Shown piece after piece: positions 39,710-49,651 of a stretch of 64,000 bases of DNA. How positions within the stretch are numbered: position 1 is the stretch's first letter; every line of letters starts with the position of its first letter. The position numbers and the translations under genes are program-made. The stretch comes from Minisyncoccota bacterium (GTDB lineage Bacteria; Patescibacteriota; Minisyncoccia; Phycocordibacterales; UBA1006), in contig DASWYC010000002.1 in the NCBI GenBank assembly GCA_036405175.1, positions 251,429 through 315,428 of the forward strand, given 5' to 3'. The notes under the pieces are model-generated. The model worked only from the letters and a program-made list of their open reading frames with translations. It ran no database searches and was not told the DNA's origin.

Positions 39710-39783
39710 TGGGTGTACCAGGACTCGAACCTGGGACCTCGTCATTATCAGTGACGCGCTCTAACCACCTGAGCTATACACCC
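39710..39783 (-). tRNA. tRNA-Ile (GAT)
   Basis: GGGTGTATAGCTCAGGTGGTTAGAGCGCGTCACTGATAATGACGAGGTCCCAGGTTCGAGTCCTGGTACACCCA forms a full cloverleaf; CCA not encoded. Confidence 0.97.
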
Positions 39784-39870
39784 GTTTGTGAATCTATACT
39801 AGCATAATTTTTGAGAAAATAAAACCCTAAACCAGCAAGAAAAAGTTAAAAAGAAAAACACCTCTCGGTG

Positions 39871-40176
39871 TTATTTCTTTTTTGCTTCTGAGCGCTTTAC
39901 GGTTGGTTTCTTGGTTGGGAGTGAGTTACGTGTACGTGCCTCAACAATATTGTTGCGAACCATAAAGTTGTGAACGGTATCTGAAACTTGTGCTCCAACT
40001 CCCATCCAGTATTGTGAACGTTCCTTGTTGATTGAAACAGTTCCTGACTTTGGAGTGTAATATCCAAGTTCTTCAATGAATTTTGCTGACTTTGGACCTT
40101 TGCGGGCATCGGTAACAACCACCTTATAGTGAGGCTCGTTTCTGCGTCCGATTCGATGTAATCTGATCTTTAACAT
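39871..40176 (-). CDS. rpsP: 30S ribosomal protein S16
   Basis: MLKIRLHRIGRRNEPHYKVVVTD..FIEELGYY..GAQVSDTV. Confidence 0.96.
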   Translation of the reverse strand: MLKIRLHRIGRRNEPHYKVVVTDARKGPKSAKFIEELGYYTPKSGTVSINKERSQYWMGVGAQVSDTVHNFMVRNNIVEARTRNSLPTKKPTVKRSEAKKK

Positions 40177-40230
40177 GTTCCCTATTCTATCAATGAAGGG
40201 GTTATTTGTCAAATAGTTATGAGTGTATTT

Positions 40231-41115
40231 TTAATTAACCGGCACCACCTGCTCTGCCCCAGCCAAAACAGCCTCCTTAGTGTGCCCTACAAGCAAGAAT
40301 CCAGCCCGGTGACAGAATTTAAGCCCTTCAATACCAGAAACAGCCTGAAGCTCTTCTCCGGAAAGTCCTCCCCATTCTTCAGGAAATCGCACCCAGCGTG
40401 AGAAAGTGCCCTCCATTTTACGCACGGTTTCTGCTCGCCATTCATTATTTTTTGGGTATACCACTACATGAACATCTGGATATTCGGTCTCAAGGCCTTC
40501 CCATAAATACATTTCATCAAATACAGCAGTATTCCCCTCTACATTGTTAAGCACCTCACGAGCACGATTATGCTCTCGCTCAACCACATATGCACGGGCA
40601 AGAATGCGCACGATCATTCCCTTCACGAATTCCATAGCCTCCATAAAATATGGATCAGTGTCTGTGCTGTCGAGGATTGGCTTATATGTTGAAATGATCT
40701 CACCTAAATTATATTGTGGCTGAAGTCCGCCCTCAGTAAGAGTTTGAATCAAGATGCCATTATCATGCGCATCTACTGGAATACAGATACGATCTTCAAT
40801 TTCCTGCCACAACTCTTTATTGTTATTGCAAATCTCATATCCAAAATGACGCCACACCAATCCACATGATGCATATGGAATACCGTTATGACGGATCCCG
40901 GCACCCTCTTGTTGATGATGATCAAATCTGTTGGCAGCTTCATTATAAATATGTCCAACATCAATTACATAATCTCCGGTTGCAATAACTTCTGGATCGC
41001 GGGTGCGGACCACTGTATAATCTTCTGCTTGCATGCCAAGGTAAATACCGAGCATGGCAACAGCACATACTTCATCGGCATGGAATCCTCCATTGTGGGT
41101 GATAACTTTTTTCAT
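40231..41115 (-). CDS. MYG1 family exonuclease
   Basis: THNGGFHADE, RTRD, DVG, FDHHQ, FCH. Confidence 0.92.
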   Translation of the reverse strand: MKKVITHNGGFHADEVCAVAMLGIYLGMQAEDYTVVRTRDPEVIATGDYVIDVGHIYNEAANRFDHHQQEGAGIRHNGIPYASCGLVWRHFGYEICNNNKELWQEIEDRICIPVDAHDNGILIQTLTEGGLQPQYNLGEIISTYKPILDSTDTDPYFMEAMEFVKGMIVRILARAYVVEREHNRAREVLNNVEGNTAVFDEMYLWEGLETEYPDVHVVVYPKNNEWRAETVRKMEGTFSRWVRFPEEWGGLSGEELQAVSGIEGLKFCHRAGFLLVGHTKEAVLAGAEQVVPVN

Positions 41116-41118
41116 ACA

Positions 41119-41457
41119 CTAAAATGTTTCTGAGACAATTACGCTATAAAATCCAAGAATAATAGCAAAGAGCCACAAGATGCCATTTGAATCAAAGAGT
41201 ATCAGTCCACTTGTGCGTGCAATACCATACACAATGAGCACCATAAGCACTGAACTGAATAATCCAAAGGTAATAAAATTCAATGGAAACGTAATAAATC
41301 CCAAAATTGGTTTAATAATTTCAAACAAGACTAAGAGGATTGCTCCTCCAATTATAAAATAATAGAGTGGTCCCGGAATGGTAATTCCAGGTAAGAGTTG
41401 ATCAAGTCCGTAGAGTCCTCCCGAGAGAAGGAATAGTTCAATAAGTTTGGAAAACAT
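41119..41457 (-). CDS. 4-TM 'phage holin superfamily IV'/YvlD-like membrane protein
   Basis: IKPILGFITFPLNFITFGLF motif. Confidence 0.75.
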   Translation of the reverse strand: MFSKLIELFLLSGGLYGLDQLLPGITIPGPLYYFIIGGAILLVLFEIIKPILGFITFPLNFITFGLFSSVLMVLIVYGIARTSGLILFDSNGILWLFAIILGFYSVIVSETF

Positions 41458-41517
41458 ATGTTTCTTAAGATTACAGCTAATAATCCAACCAAACGTTGCG
41501 AGCAGTACTCGCAAATA

Positions 41518-41967
41518 TTACCTTACCAATTCATCAACTACCTCTTTAACAAGTGCTCCATCAGCTTTTCCTGCAAGATCTTTCATTACTGATCCAACAA
41601 AAGGACCTTTTGAAATTGGTTCTGGAGTTGCTGCGATTTTTTCTTGTACAAATTTAGTAATATCTTCTTTACTCATGAGTTGTGGAAGATAGATTTCAAG
41701 TACGGTAAGTTCAAACTTTTCATTATCAGCAAGATCTTCACGCCCTGCTTTAGCAAATTCTTCAATAGCATCTTTGCGCTTTTTTGCTTCACGACGAATT
41801 ACAGAAACGGTTTCTTCTTCTGAAAGCGTTCCGTCTGGACCGCGCTTGAGATTTACGAGTTCATTAGTGATTGATGAGAGAATTCCGCGGATTACGGTAA
41901 GTTTCTCTGATTCTTTGGCACGCATTGCGTTTTTCATGTCTTCTTTGAGTGTTTCGAGGAGTGTCAT
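41518..41967 (-). CDS. GatB/YqeY domain protein
   Basis: DMKNAMRAK, KKRKDAIEEF..AGREDL, YLPQLMS. Confidence 0.92.
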   Translation of the reverse strand: MTLLETLKEDMKNAMRAKESEKLTVIRGILSSITNELVNLKRGPDGTLSEEETVSVIRREAKKRKDAIEEFAKAGREDLADNEKFELTVLEIYLPQLMSKEDITKFVQEKIAATPEPISKGPFVGSVMKDLAGKADGALVKEVVDELVR

Positions 41968-42057
41968 ATAGATCAGAAATGTTTTATGAGTATGAATTTA
42001 GAATAGCATATTTGACGAGGTTTCTCAATTGGGGCGTTATATAAATTTATTTGCATA

Positions 42058-42088
42058 ACAGAGGCGCGACCTTCGGTCGCGCCTCTGT
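42058..42088. repeat. GC-rich palindromic hairpin, copy 1 (REP-like)
   Basis: ACAGAGGCGCGACC-TTC-GGTCGCGCCTCTGT; near-identical copy at 54049. Confidence 0.75.
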
Positions 42089-42115
42089 CCACTACAATCC
42101 AAACATTTACAACGG

Positions 42116-43894
42116 CTACTCAATTAACTCAATTCCACTTCCTGGCGCATCGCTTGGCAAATCTGCTACCCCGCTGTTATTTTTTTGAATTCCCCAGAAA
42201 TCTGGTGAATCAATAAATGATTGTTTAAGGAACTGACGCATTGCCCATGATGCGGTAACTGTAGTAGTTTTTGGTGCACTCTCCAATACCAGAGCAAATG
42301 AATAGCGCGGATTTTCATACGGGAAGAATCCTGTTACCCACGAGTTAATCCTGGTCTTGTCGGTTCCGACCTGTGCCGTTCCTGTTTTTGCAGCAATATT
42401 CACCTGAGACAGGTTAAGAACCCATGCCGTTCCACTCAATACTGTTTGGCGCATTCCATCTCTAATTACTTCATACGCATGCGGATCAATATCAAATACG
42501 TCAGACTTAGCCCCTTGTTCTCCTTTCAAAATCACCGGCGTTACCAAGTGCCCCCCATTTGCGATACCTCCAATACCACGCGCCAACTGAATTGGTGTCA
42601 CCTGAAATCCATACTGACCAATTGAAGTAATATAGGTATCTCCAAGCCACCAGTTTTCTTTGAAGAGTTTTTGTTTCCAGCTTGGGGTTGGAAGATTTCC
42701 CTTCTTTTCGTCCATAAATGAAATTCCTGTTTCTGATGCCAAACCAAATCCTGCTGTATATTTTTCAATATTCTTAATTCCAATCCCTTTGATATTTTTA
42801 TATCCTCCTCCAATTGCATAGAAATAGGTATTTACTGATTCTGCCAACGCTTTGGTTACATTGGTAACTCCGTGACCTCCCTTTTTCCAATCACGATAAA
42901 TAGATGGCTTATCCGGATTATATCGATTGGGAATTTCTATAGCACCCGTTGAATCAACTGTCGTATCTGCAGTTACGGTTCCTTCATTGAGTGCAGCCAG
43001 TGCAATGAATGGTTTAATAGTTGATCCTGGAGAGTAGAGTCCAGATGTTACACGATTCAAAAATGGTTTACGCTTATCATTAAAATAATCACGAATAGCT
43101 GCAACATCGGTACGATCAGAAAATACCTGTGGAGAAAACTCCGGTGCACTCGTCATGGCAAGCACTTCACCTGTTTGAATATCCATAATAATACCGGCAG
43201 CTCCCTGATATCCTCCGTCATTCATAGATGTTGAAAGTGCGTTAAAGAGTGCACTCTGCATGTTGGCATCAACAGAGGTAATCACATTGCTTCCATTTTT
43301 TGGGGGCACAACAGTTTGTGTTCCAATCTCTTTTCCGGTTGAGTCTACCTCTTTATAGATTGAGCCGTTTTCTCCGCGCAATAACTCATTATATGTTTTT
43401 TCAAGTCCTTCATATCCTTTGAGTTCCTTCTGCCACAATTGACCCTTTTTATCTTTCTTTGGATACTCAATATAGCCCAGCATTGAAAATCCTGGTTTTT
43501 CAATATAGGTGCGACGCGGAAAATCTTCATTTCCTGTTACGGTACTATTCCATGCTAAAAGTTTCCCATTTCTATCCAAGAGCGTTCCACGCTGTCCCCA
43601 TAGTGGTGTTGATGCAAGGCGATTCTTTTCTGCAATCGTCATATACTTCTCTCCGCCTTTCACTTGAAGGTTATAGAGCTTTACTCCTATACCGAGCAAA
43701 AATAAAATCATAATTGAAAATACAATTGCACGCGGAAATGATGGCAGCTTTGAATTCATCACGTTCTGCATCTGATCAACATCAAGCCCAGAAATATTTT
43801 CACTATCAATAAAAATCTCTTCCAAATTCTTATACGATGGTTTTGACTTCATTGAACTCGTTATCTTTTTACGATGATAGTTAATACGTATCAT
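42116..43894 (-). CDS. mrdA: Penicillin-binding protein 2 (class B transpeptidase)
   Basis: RGTLLDRNG, SPGSTIK (SxxK), SVN, KTGTAQ. Confidence 0.88.
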   Translation of the reverse strand: MIRINYHRKKITSSMKSKPSYKNLEEIFIDSENISGLDVDQMQNVMNSKLPSFPRAIVFSIMILFLLGIGVKLYNLQVKGGEKYMTIAEKNRLASTPLWGQRGTLLDRNGKLLAWNSTVTGNEDFPRRTYIEKPGFSMLGYIEYPKKDKKGQLWQKELKGYEGLEKTYNELLRGENGSIYKEVDSTGKEIGTQTVVPPKNGSNVITSVDANMQSALFNALSTSMNDGGYQGAAGIIMDIQTGEVLAMTSAPEFSPQVFSDRTDVAAIRDYFNDKRKPFLNRVTSGLYSPGSTIKPFIALAALNEGTVTADTTVDSTGAIEIPNRYNPDKPSIYRDWKKGGHGVTNVTKALAESVNTYFYAIGGGYKNIKGIGIKNIEKYTAGFGLASETGISFMDEKKGNLPTPSWKQKLFKENWWLGDTYITSIGQYGFQVTPIQLARGIGGIANGGHLVTPVILKGEQGAKSDVFDIDPHAYEVIRDGMRQTVLSGTAWVLNLSQVNIAAKTGTAQVGTDKTRINSWVTGFFPYENPRYSFALVLESAPKTTTVTASWAMRQFLKQSFIDSPDFWGIQKNNSGVADLPSDAPGSGIELIE

Positions 43895-43896
43895 AG

Positions 43897-44151
43897 CTAT
43901 ATCACCTGAGGAATTTTCATTGAGTCTTTAATGCGTTCGCCAGCAATAATTAATACTCCAATACATCCAAATACGATAGCAAGTGTTGTTAATTCTGCTC
44001 CACTCATAAGCACTGAGAGAAACAATGTTATTAAAATGATTCCTCTAAACGGAGTCACAAAAAAGACCACAATACAGATAGGAATTAACAGCCATGTTGG
44101 CAGTACCAATGCTGACCAGATAAGGAGTATTGCTGCGATGGTAAATTGCAT
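43897..44151 (-). CDS. Small membrane protein upstream of PBP2
   Basis: Hydrophobic 84-aa ORF abutting PBP2. Confidence 0.6.
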   Translation of the reverse strand: MQFTIAAILLIWSALVLPTWLLIPICIVVFFVTPFRGIILITLFLSVLMSGAELTTLAIVFGCIGVLIIAGERIKDSMKIPQVI

Positions 44152-44239
44152 AAATTAGACCTAGTATAGAGTCTTTCATGTTTCTTGAAAAGACTGCTCG
44201 GGAGTATATACTAGGATATATTCCTAATACTTTACACAT

Positions 44240-44515
44240 ATGGTAGAAATTTACACCACCAACACCTGCACCTATTGCGTTATGGCAAAAAACTTCATGA
44301 AAGATCAAGGTATTGAATATACAGAATACAATATTAGCAACGATGCTGATCGTCGCACCATTGCAATTGAAAAGTATCACGCGCAAGGGGTACCTTTGAT
44401 TGTGGTAAACGATACTCCTATTTATGGGTTTAAGCCTGATGAGATTTTACGCCTTCATAAAGAAGCTCCTATGACTGTTGCTAAAAACGGTTCTGATTTA
44501 GCTCAAGCAGCATAA
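44240..44515 (+). CDS. Glutaredoxin/NrdH-like redoxin
   Basis: CTYC motif, GVP, GF. Confidence 0.9.
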   Translation: MVEIYTTNTCTYCVMAKNFMKDQGIEYTEYNISNDADRRTIAIEKYHAQGVPLIVVNDTPIYGFKPDEILRLHKEAPMTVAKNGSDLAQAA

Positions 44516-44527
44516 TCTCTTATTTGT

Positions 44528-45091
44528 ATGCTTACCAAACAAACATTTAGCTTTCATTCAAATACCGGACTTTCTGAAGATGCACTTAAGGGGCATGTTG
44601 CGCTCTATGAGAAATATGTAGATGAGGCAAATAATATTCTTACCAAGCTTAAAGGCGACGTTGCATTGCCTGAAAAACAAGAATTGATGCGCCGATTCTC
44701 ATTTGAGTTTAACGGAGCAAAGAATCATGAGTACTTTTTTGAGACACTCACTGGCGAAGCCCGTGAGATTAGTGAAGGCTCTGAATTGCACAAGAAGATT
44801 TCAGCAACATGGGGATCATATGATACATGGAAGTCTGAATTTATGATCCTGGCAAAAACCCGTGGCGTTGGATGGGCTATCCTCTGGCAAGACAATCAAA
44901 GTGGCGAACTCTATCACTCATGGGTAGACGAGCAACATCTTGGACAGCTCGTTGGTGCAACACATATTCTTGGTATTGATTGCTGGGAACACTCATTTAT
45001 TCTTGACTTTGGTATTACCGGACGTGCCGGATATCTAGAAAAAATCTTCCCCGCTCTTAACTTTGAAGTTATTGAACAACGAATTAAATAA
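44528..45091 (+). CDS. Fe/Mn superoxide dismutase family protein
   Basis: H..LY..YV, NHEYFF, GVGWA, DCWEH. Confidence 0.88.
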   Translation: MLTKQTFSFHSNTGLSEDALKGHVALYEKYVDEANNILTKLKGDVALPEKQELMRRFSFEFNGAKNHEYFFETLTGEAREISEGSELHKKISATWGSYDTWKSEFMILAKTRGVGWAILWQDNQSGELYHSWVDEQHLGQLVGATHILGIDCWEHSFILDFGITGRAGYLEKIFPALNFEVIEQRIK

Positions 45092-45110
45092 CAAAAAACC
45101 GCTAATTAAC

Positions 45111-46607
45111 TTAGCGGTTTTTTGTTATTTCTTGTAGCTCAAATGCTTCAGATTTTTTAATGATGGCAAAGATTGCAAACATACAGCTCATACACGCAAC
45201 TAAAATAAGTACCATGGTACCGGTCATGATAAATGATGGAATATGATATCGTATCGTAATCCCCATAGACACCAACAAACTTGTTGCTTTAGTGAGCCCC
45301 CATGCAGTCCACAGTAACAGTGGCTGGATAAGTGGCACCAGCTGCGCCAACATTCCTACGAGCAAAAAACCAATCCCTACGACCGTATACATAAATACCA
45401 GTGGAATAACCAACAGAGACATCACCATGCCTCCAGGTGTTGCAACACCAAAGTATCCAATAATAATTGGCAGGGTGCCCATCCAAGCACCAAGCGTTGT
45501 GACAATGGCAGACGCTAATCCGCTCACATATTTGTGAATCTTGAGACTTTTAGTGAACATGGTATAGATTTTCATCGTATATACAATACCTAAAGTTGCT
45601 GCACAAGAAAGCAGTAGTCCAATATGGTCATTAAGTGGCGTTACGGTGACAATACTTATGTAAACGATCAAATAGAGAATAGTACGCTCAATTGATGGCA
45701 TGATACCGAATACTCGTAAGATCTCATGTAATAGGATACTTTGATATGCACGCGCAGAAGCTTCGGTATTTCCGGCAATCAACACTAGGATATATGAGAG
45801 TATTAATGAGGTTGCCACGATGGTGGTACGGTTTAAAAAACTTCTTCCCAATAAAAAGAGTCCTTCATATACAAGCAGAATATTATATCCAGATAGCACA
45901 ATAATATGAGAAATCCCAACGTCTCTAAAAAGTGACGAGAACCAATATGGCAAGTGGTTCTGCATTCCCAGCACAATACCTTCTGTTATACCGAGTGTTT
46001 CTTCTTGTAAATAGGTTTGATAAATTCCAGACAAATATGTTTGTGTTGCATACACAATACGTCCCACTATCTTTGAGGTACGTTCTATTGATTCCTCTTC
46101 TTTAAGTTTTAATCGCACACGTGCTGGCGGAATCTCGGTTACCGTAAGTTTGCCGCGCAGCAGAACCTCATCGTGATAAAAGTAGATATTTTTAGTAGTG
46201 AATGCTACTGAAAGATGTGGATCTTCAAAGTATGCTTGGTACGTTTGATCTTTAGTAGTTTCAGAAAGCTTGCGCTCAACAATAACAGAATATTTTTGAG
46301 TTTGCCCTACTTGCTCTTGTAGCAGTGCAATTGCTTTGCGTTTTACTGCCTCTTGATGAGAAAATACTTTATACGAAACTCCACCGATTACCAGTGCAAC
46401 CAAGCCTACTAAAAATATTATTTTAAATCGCACAAACTGGAATGTTGTACCAGCAATCGCAATTAACGCACTAGACAACACCAATATCATCACCAACGTA
46501 GAAGTTTCTGATGCAACGGCATTACGCACATAACTTGCCATCCAGATCCATACAATACACCAAAGTGGTAATCCTCGTGCAATGGTTTCAACTAATATAT
46601 TCATCAA
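45111..46607 (-). CDS. comEC: ComEC/Rec2 competence membrane protein (no MBL domain)
   Basis: GISHIIVLSGYNI motif, multi-TM, LSCAATLGI. Confidence 0.85.
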   Translation of the reverse strand: MMNILVETIARGLPLWCIVWIWMASYVRNAVASETSTLVMILVLSSALIAIAGTTFQFVRFKIIFLVGLVALVIGGVSYKVFSHQEAVKRKAIALLQEQVGQTQKYSVIVERKLSETTKDQTYQAYFEDPHLSVAFTTKNIYFYHDEVLLRGKLTVTEIPPARVRLKLKEEESIERTSKIVGRIVYATQTYLSGIYQTYLQEETLGITEGIVLGMQNHLPYWFSSLFRDVGISHIIVLSGYNILLVYEGLFLLGRSFLNRTTIVATSLILSYILVLIAGNTEASARAYQSILLHEILRVFGIMPSIERTILYLIVYISIVTVTPLNDHIGLLLSCAATLGIVYTMKIYTMFTKSLKIHKYVSGLASAIVTTLGAWMGTLPIIIGYFGVATPGGMVMSLLVIPLVFMYTVVGIGFLLVGMLAQLVPLIQPLLLWTAWGLTKATSLLVSMGITIRYHIPSFIMTGTMVLILVACMSCMFAIFAIIKKSEAFELQEITKNR

Positions 46608-46765
46608 CGTATCGTACGATCTGATGCAAAAACTTTCATTAGAAAAGTAACCAATTTTTTAGATACTAAAAACCCACCTTGCGGTGGGTTTTTAGCCGTT
46701 TGATAGTTGACCCAACATGATCTTAGGTCGTACTTATAGTATCGCGCAAAAAATTTTCATGTCAA

Positions 46766-47740
46766 CTAGTTTTCCACACCCTGCTGATTGAGCACCCACG
46801 CAATCATGTGCTCTCGTTTGTATTGAGTTGATTGCAAACTTTCTGCAAGTTGAATAAGTGACACCAACAACTGCGAGTTAATATTTTTTTGTTGTATAAA
46901 TTCTTGCTTGTGTTCTTCACTTAATGAGATTGATGTTTGATGTTCCCGGCCTGCATCATAACGTGACAATAAAATATATTGAACGGTTTCCAGTAAAAGT
47001 TCCGTAAAATAATCAAATGATTCAAGAGGAACCTTTTCAATGATCGAGAGTGCAGCAACAGGATTGGTGTAACTTCGCAAAAAGTTTTGAACGTCATGAC
47101 CATCAATCATAGTAAACCCATCTTTCATATGAAGACGACGCTCCAAAACACTCAATGCATCACGGAATGACCCTTTGGCCTGATGTACAATGCGCGTAAC
47201 CTCTTCTGTTTCAAGCGTCATTGATTCTTGCGACGCAACACCATTTACCAATGTCTCAATATCTTTGATTGATGGATTTTTAAAATCTAAAACTACACAA
47301 CGAGAAATAATTGTTGGAAGCACTTTGTGTTTTTCCGTAGTTGCAAAAATAAATATCACGTGCTTTGGCGGCTCTTCAATCGTCTTCAAAAGAGAGTTCC
47401 ATGCTTCTTTAGTGAGCATGTGCGCTTCATCGATAATATACATTTTGTAGTCGGAAGAAATTGGCAACGTGTATACGGTATCTTTTAAATCTTTTGCATG
47501 TTCAAGTTTTCGATAACTTGCAGCATCAATCTCGTACGTATCTTCCGGAGCAATGTTGAGCTCCCGTGCAAAAATACGTGCCAATGACGTTTTCCCAAGC
47601 CCACGCCCACCTACAAATAAATAGGCATGTGAGGGCGCTTTGGTGCCTGCCTGTTTCTTAAGAACTGACACCACATGGTCCTGCCCCACCACCTGATCAA
47701 AATTTTGAGGACGATATTTTCTATAGAGAACTTCTGACAT
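46766..47740 (-). CDS. dnaX: DNA polymerase III gamma/tau (short form)
   Basis: LYRKYRPQNF, GGRGLGKT, EIDAAS, IIDEAHML, LKTIEEPP, SRC. Confidence 0.92.
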   Translation of the reverse strand: MSEVLYRKYRPQNFDQVVGQDHVVSVLKKQAGTKAPSHAYLFVGGRGLGKTSLARIFARELNIAPEDTYEIDAASYRKLEHAKDLKDTVYTLPISSDYKMYIIDEAHMLTKEAWNSLLKTIEEPPKHVIFIFATTEKHKVLPTIISRCVVLDFKNPSIKDIETLVNGVASQESMTLETEEVTRIVHQAKGSFRDALSVLERRLHMKDGFTMIDGHDVQNFLRSYTNPVAALSIIEKVPLESFDYFTELLLETVQYILLSRYDAGREHQTSISLSEEHKQEFIQQKNINSQLLVSLIQLAESLQSTQYKREHMIAWVLNQQGVEN

Positions 47741-47822
47741 ACTTATATTATATGTTTTTTAACTGGAAAATACAAAAAGCCCGAAGTATTCAGGCTTTGA
47801 GTAAATAAGAAATCTCTACTTC

Positions 47823-48233
47823 TTAATAAATACCAGTTTTAGCTTTTAAATATGCCTTTTGATTACTTTCTGTATCCTTAAAGTCGCTTCTATCCGTAAA
47901 TAATCTTAAAGCAACCAGTGATAAAAAACTCTCTCCTCCTATATGATTCACAGCATCAGCAAGCATATCAATAGCTTCTCCCAAACTCTTTGCCAAAGAA
48001 ATTGAAATAAGCTTTACATAAGTCTCGGTTTCCTTGTTCCCCTTTATTTGTTCGGTTAAATTATTCTGTACAAGACTTTTAGCTCCATCTAACTTTTCTT
48101 TTAGTTGAGAAGAAATATCGAACAACCCCATTGCATCCGGTGTTGTCTTAAAGCTTCTATAAATACTCCCTAAAGGCATATCTATTGGATTCAGACTGAG
48201 CCCACTTTTTTGAATTGGCATAATATTATTCAA
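47823..48233 (-). CDS. Orphan hypothetical protein
   Basis: 136-aa ORF with its own TTGGCA-17-TATTTT promoter and terminator; start uncertain. Confidence 0.55.
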   Translation of the reverse strand: MNNIMPIQKSGLSLNPIDMPLGSIYRSFKTTPDAMGLFDISSQLKEKLDGAKSLVQNNLTEQIKGNKETETYVKLISISLAKSLGEAIDMLADAVNHIGGESFLSLVALRLFTDRSDFKDTESNQKAYLKAKTGIY

Positions 48234-48304
48234 TTTTAATGATTATAAATATTTAAAAAACTAATTTACCCCACAAAAATACCACACTTCACAATTCTTG
48301 CCAA

Positions 48305-49348
48305 CTATTTAATACTATTCAAAATACTCATACATTCTTCATATGAGCGGCTCATCACCAATTGCTGCTTAAGCTCGGCATATTCTGGAAAGTCGGCAAA
48401 ATAAGCTTTAAAATGCTTTGCCATCAGTGCAAATGCTTTGGGCTTAATCTCCCCTCCTTCAATGGCTAGAGTTTCACTACCAAATTCATACACTGCCGAA
48501 CGCAATGTACCAACACTCTTCATATACAATTCAACGTGCTCCTTACACAGAGCAATCAACTCCTCAATATTTTTTGGCTTCATTGTTTCTTCTGGATCAA
48601 ACAACCACGGCTTTCCAAAAATTCCCTTTCCAATCATCACGCCATCGCAGCCTGTTGCTAATCGCACCTCTTCCGCCTTTTCAAACGAGGTGACATTTCC
48701 GTTTGCTAATACCAATACGCCTTCTGCATGTGCAAGCTCAACAATTTGCTTAAGCACATCCCAGTGCGGTTCCGGTTTAGACATTTCATTTTTGGTGCGT
48801 GCGTGAATCGTTAAAATATCTGGCTTCAAAGAAATTACCCGTTTAATGTATGCCTCATCGTACGAGTTCCATCCAATACGGGTTTTGATAGAAATTGGAA
48901 GATGTGGTGCACCTTCTCTGCAAGCTTCAATCAAAAGCGCAAGTGTTTCAACATTTTTAATGAGTGCAGAACCAGCACCTTGTTTACAGATAGTATCGTC
49001 GGGGCAGCCAGCGTTAATATCAATTCCATCGTAGCCAAGCTCTGCTACCATGCGTGCAGCTTCTTTAATTTTCTCCGGATTACTACTAAAAAGTTGCGCA
49101 ATCAATGGACGTTGGCGCTCGGTATATTCAAGATCACGCAATAAACTAACACGTCCTTGCGGATGAATAAGCCCATCTGCTGCAACAAACTCTGTCCAAA
49201 GTGCATGAAGTTTGCTTCCCGTTTCTCCCATACGAGAATATTTAGCCAGCATTTCACGTTCAGCAACATCAGTTACATCTGCCATAGGCGCTGCAACATA
49301 TAAAAAGCCGTGCTTTTCTTTAAGATTGTGCCAAAATTGATTGCTCAT
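48305..49348 (-). CDS. tRNA-dihydrouridine synthase
   Basis: APMADVTD, DINAGCP, GSAL, IHART, ANGNV, GVMIG. Confidence 0.93.
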   Translation of the reverse strand: MSNQFWHNLKEKHGFLYVAAPMADVTDVAEREMLAKYSRMGETGSKLHALWTEFVAADGLIHPQGRVSLLRDLEYTERQRPLIAQLFSSNPEKIKEAARMVAELGYDGIDINAGCPDDTICKQGAGSALIKNVETLALLIEACREGAPHLPISIKTRIGWNSYDEAYIKRVISLKPDILTIHARTKNEMSKPEPHWDVLKQIVELAHAEGVLVLANGNVTSFEKAEEVRLATGCDGVMIGKGIFGKPWLFDPEETMKPKNIEELIALCKEHVELYMKSVGTLRSAVYEFGSETLAIEGGEIKPKAFALMAKHFKAYFADFPEYAELKQQLVMSRSYEECMSILNSIK

Positions 49349-49453
49349 AATCTTGACGATTGTACAGTATTGGGATGATTTTGTATACACGTATCTATAC
49401 TACTCACTTCATTGTTATATAATTAAACTAAAACCATACCTTAATTTTTGAAC

Positions 49454-49609
49454 ATGAAAAAGAGATACAAAAGAGTGTGTTTTGTTGATCCCTGCTCAGC
49501 AAAACAGTCAGCTAAAAATCTGCGAGTTTTGGCTGTAAGAACGCGAAACGAATTTCGAAAATTTATTTTTAGATTTCAGCCCATTATTCCCTCCAGATTA
49601 TGTGCATAA
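49454..49609 (+). CDS. Putative 51-aa basic orphan protein (not in ORF track)
   Basis: MKKRYKRVCFVDPCSAKQSAKNLRVLAVRTRNEFRKFIFRFQPIIPSRLCA*; AAAACC leader; terminator at ~49633-49654. Confidence 0.4.
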   Translation: MKKRYKRVCFVDPCSAKQSAKNLRVLAVRTRNEFRKFIFRFQPIIPSRLCA

Positions 49610-49651
49610 CTTGGAAATCTATCTCCAAGAAATAGCCACCTCCGACGGTGG

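Noticed and set aside
39640-39783. tRNA-Ile as integration site of an island
   Set aside because: No duplicated tRNA 3' end and no integrase were seen.
41119-41457. Prophage suggested by a 'phage holin' family protein
   Set aside because: This family is commonly chromosomal; no endolysin, integrase or structural genes are nearby.
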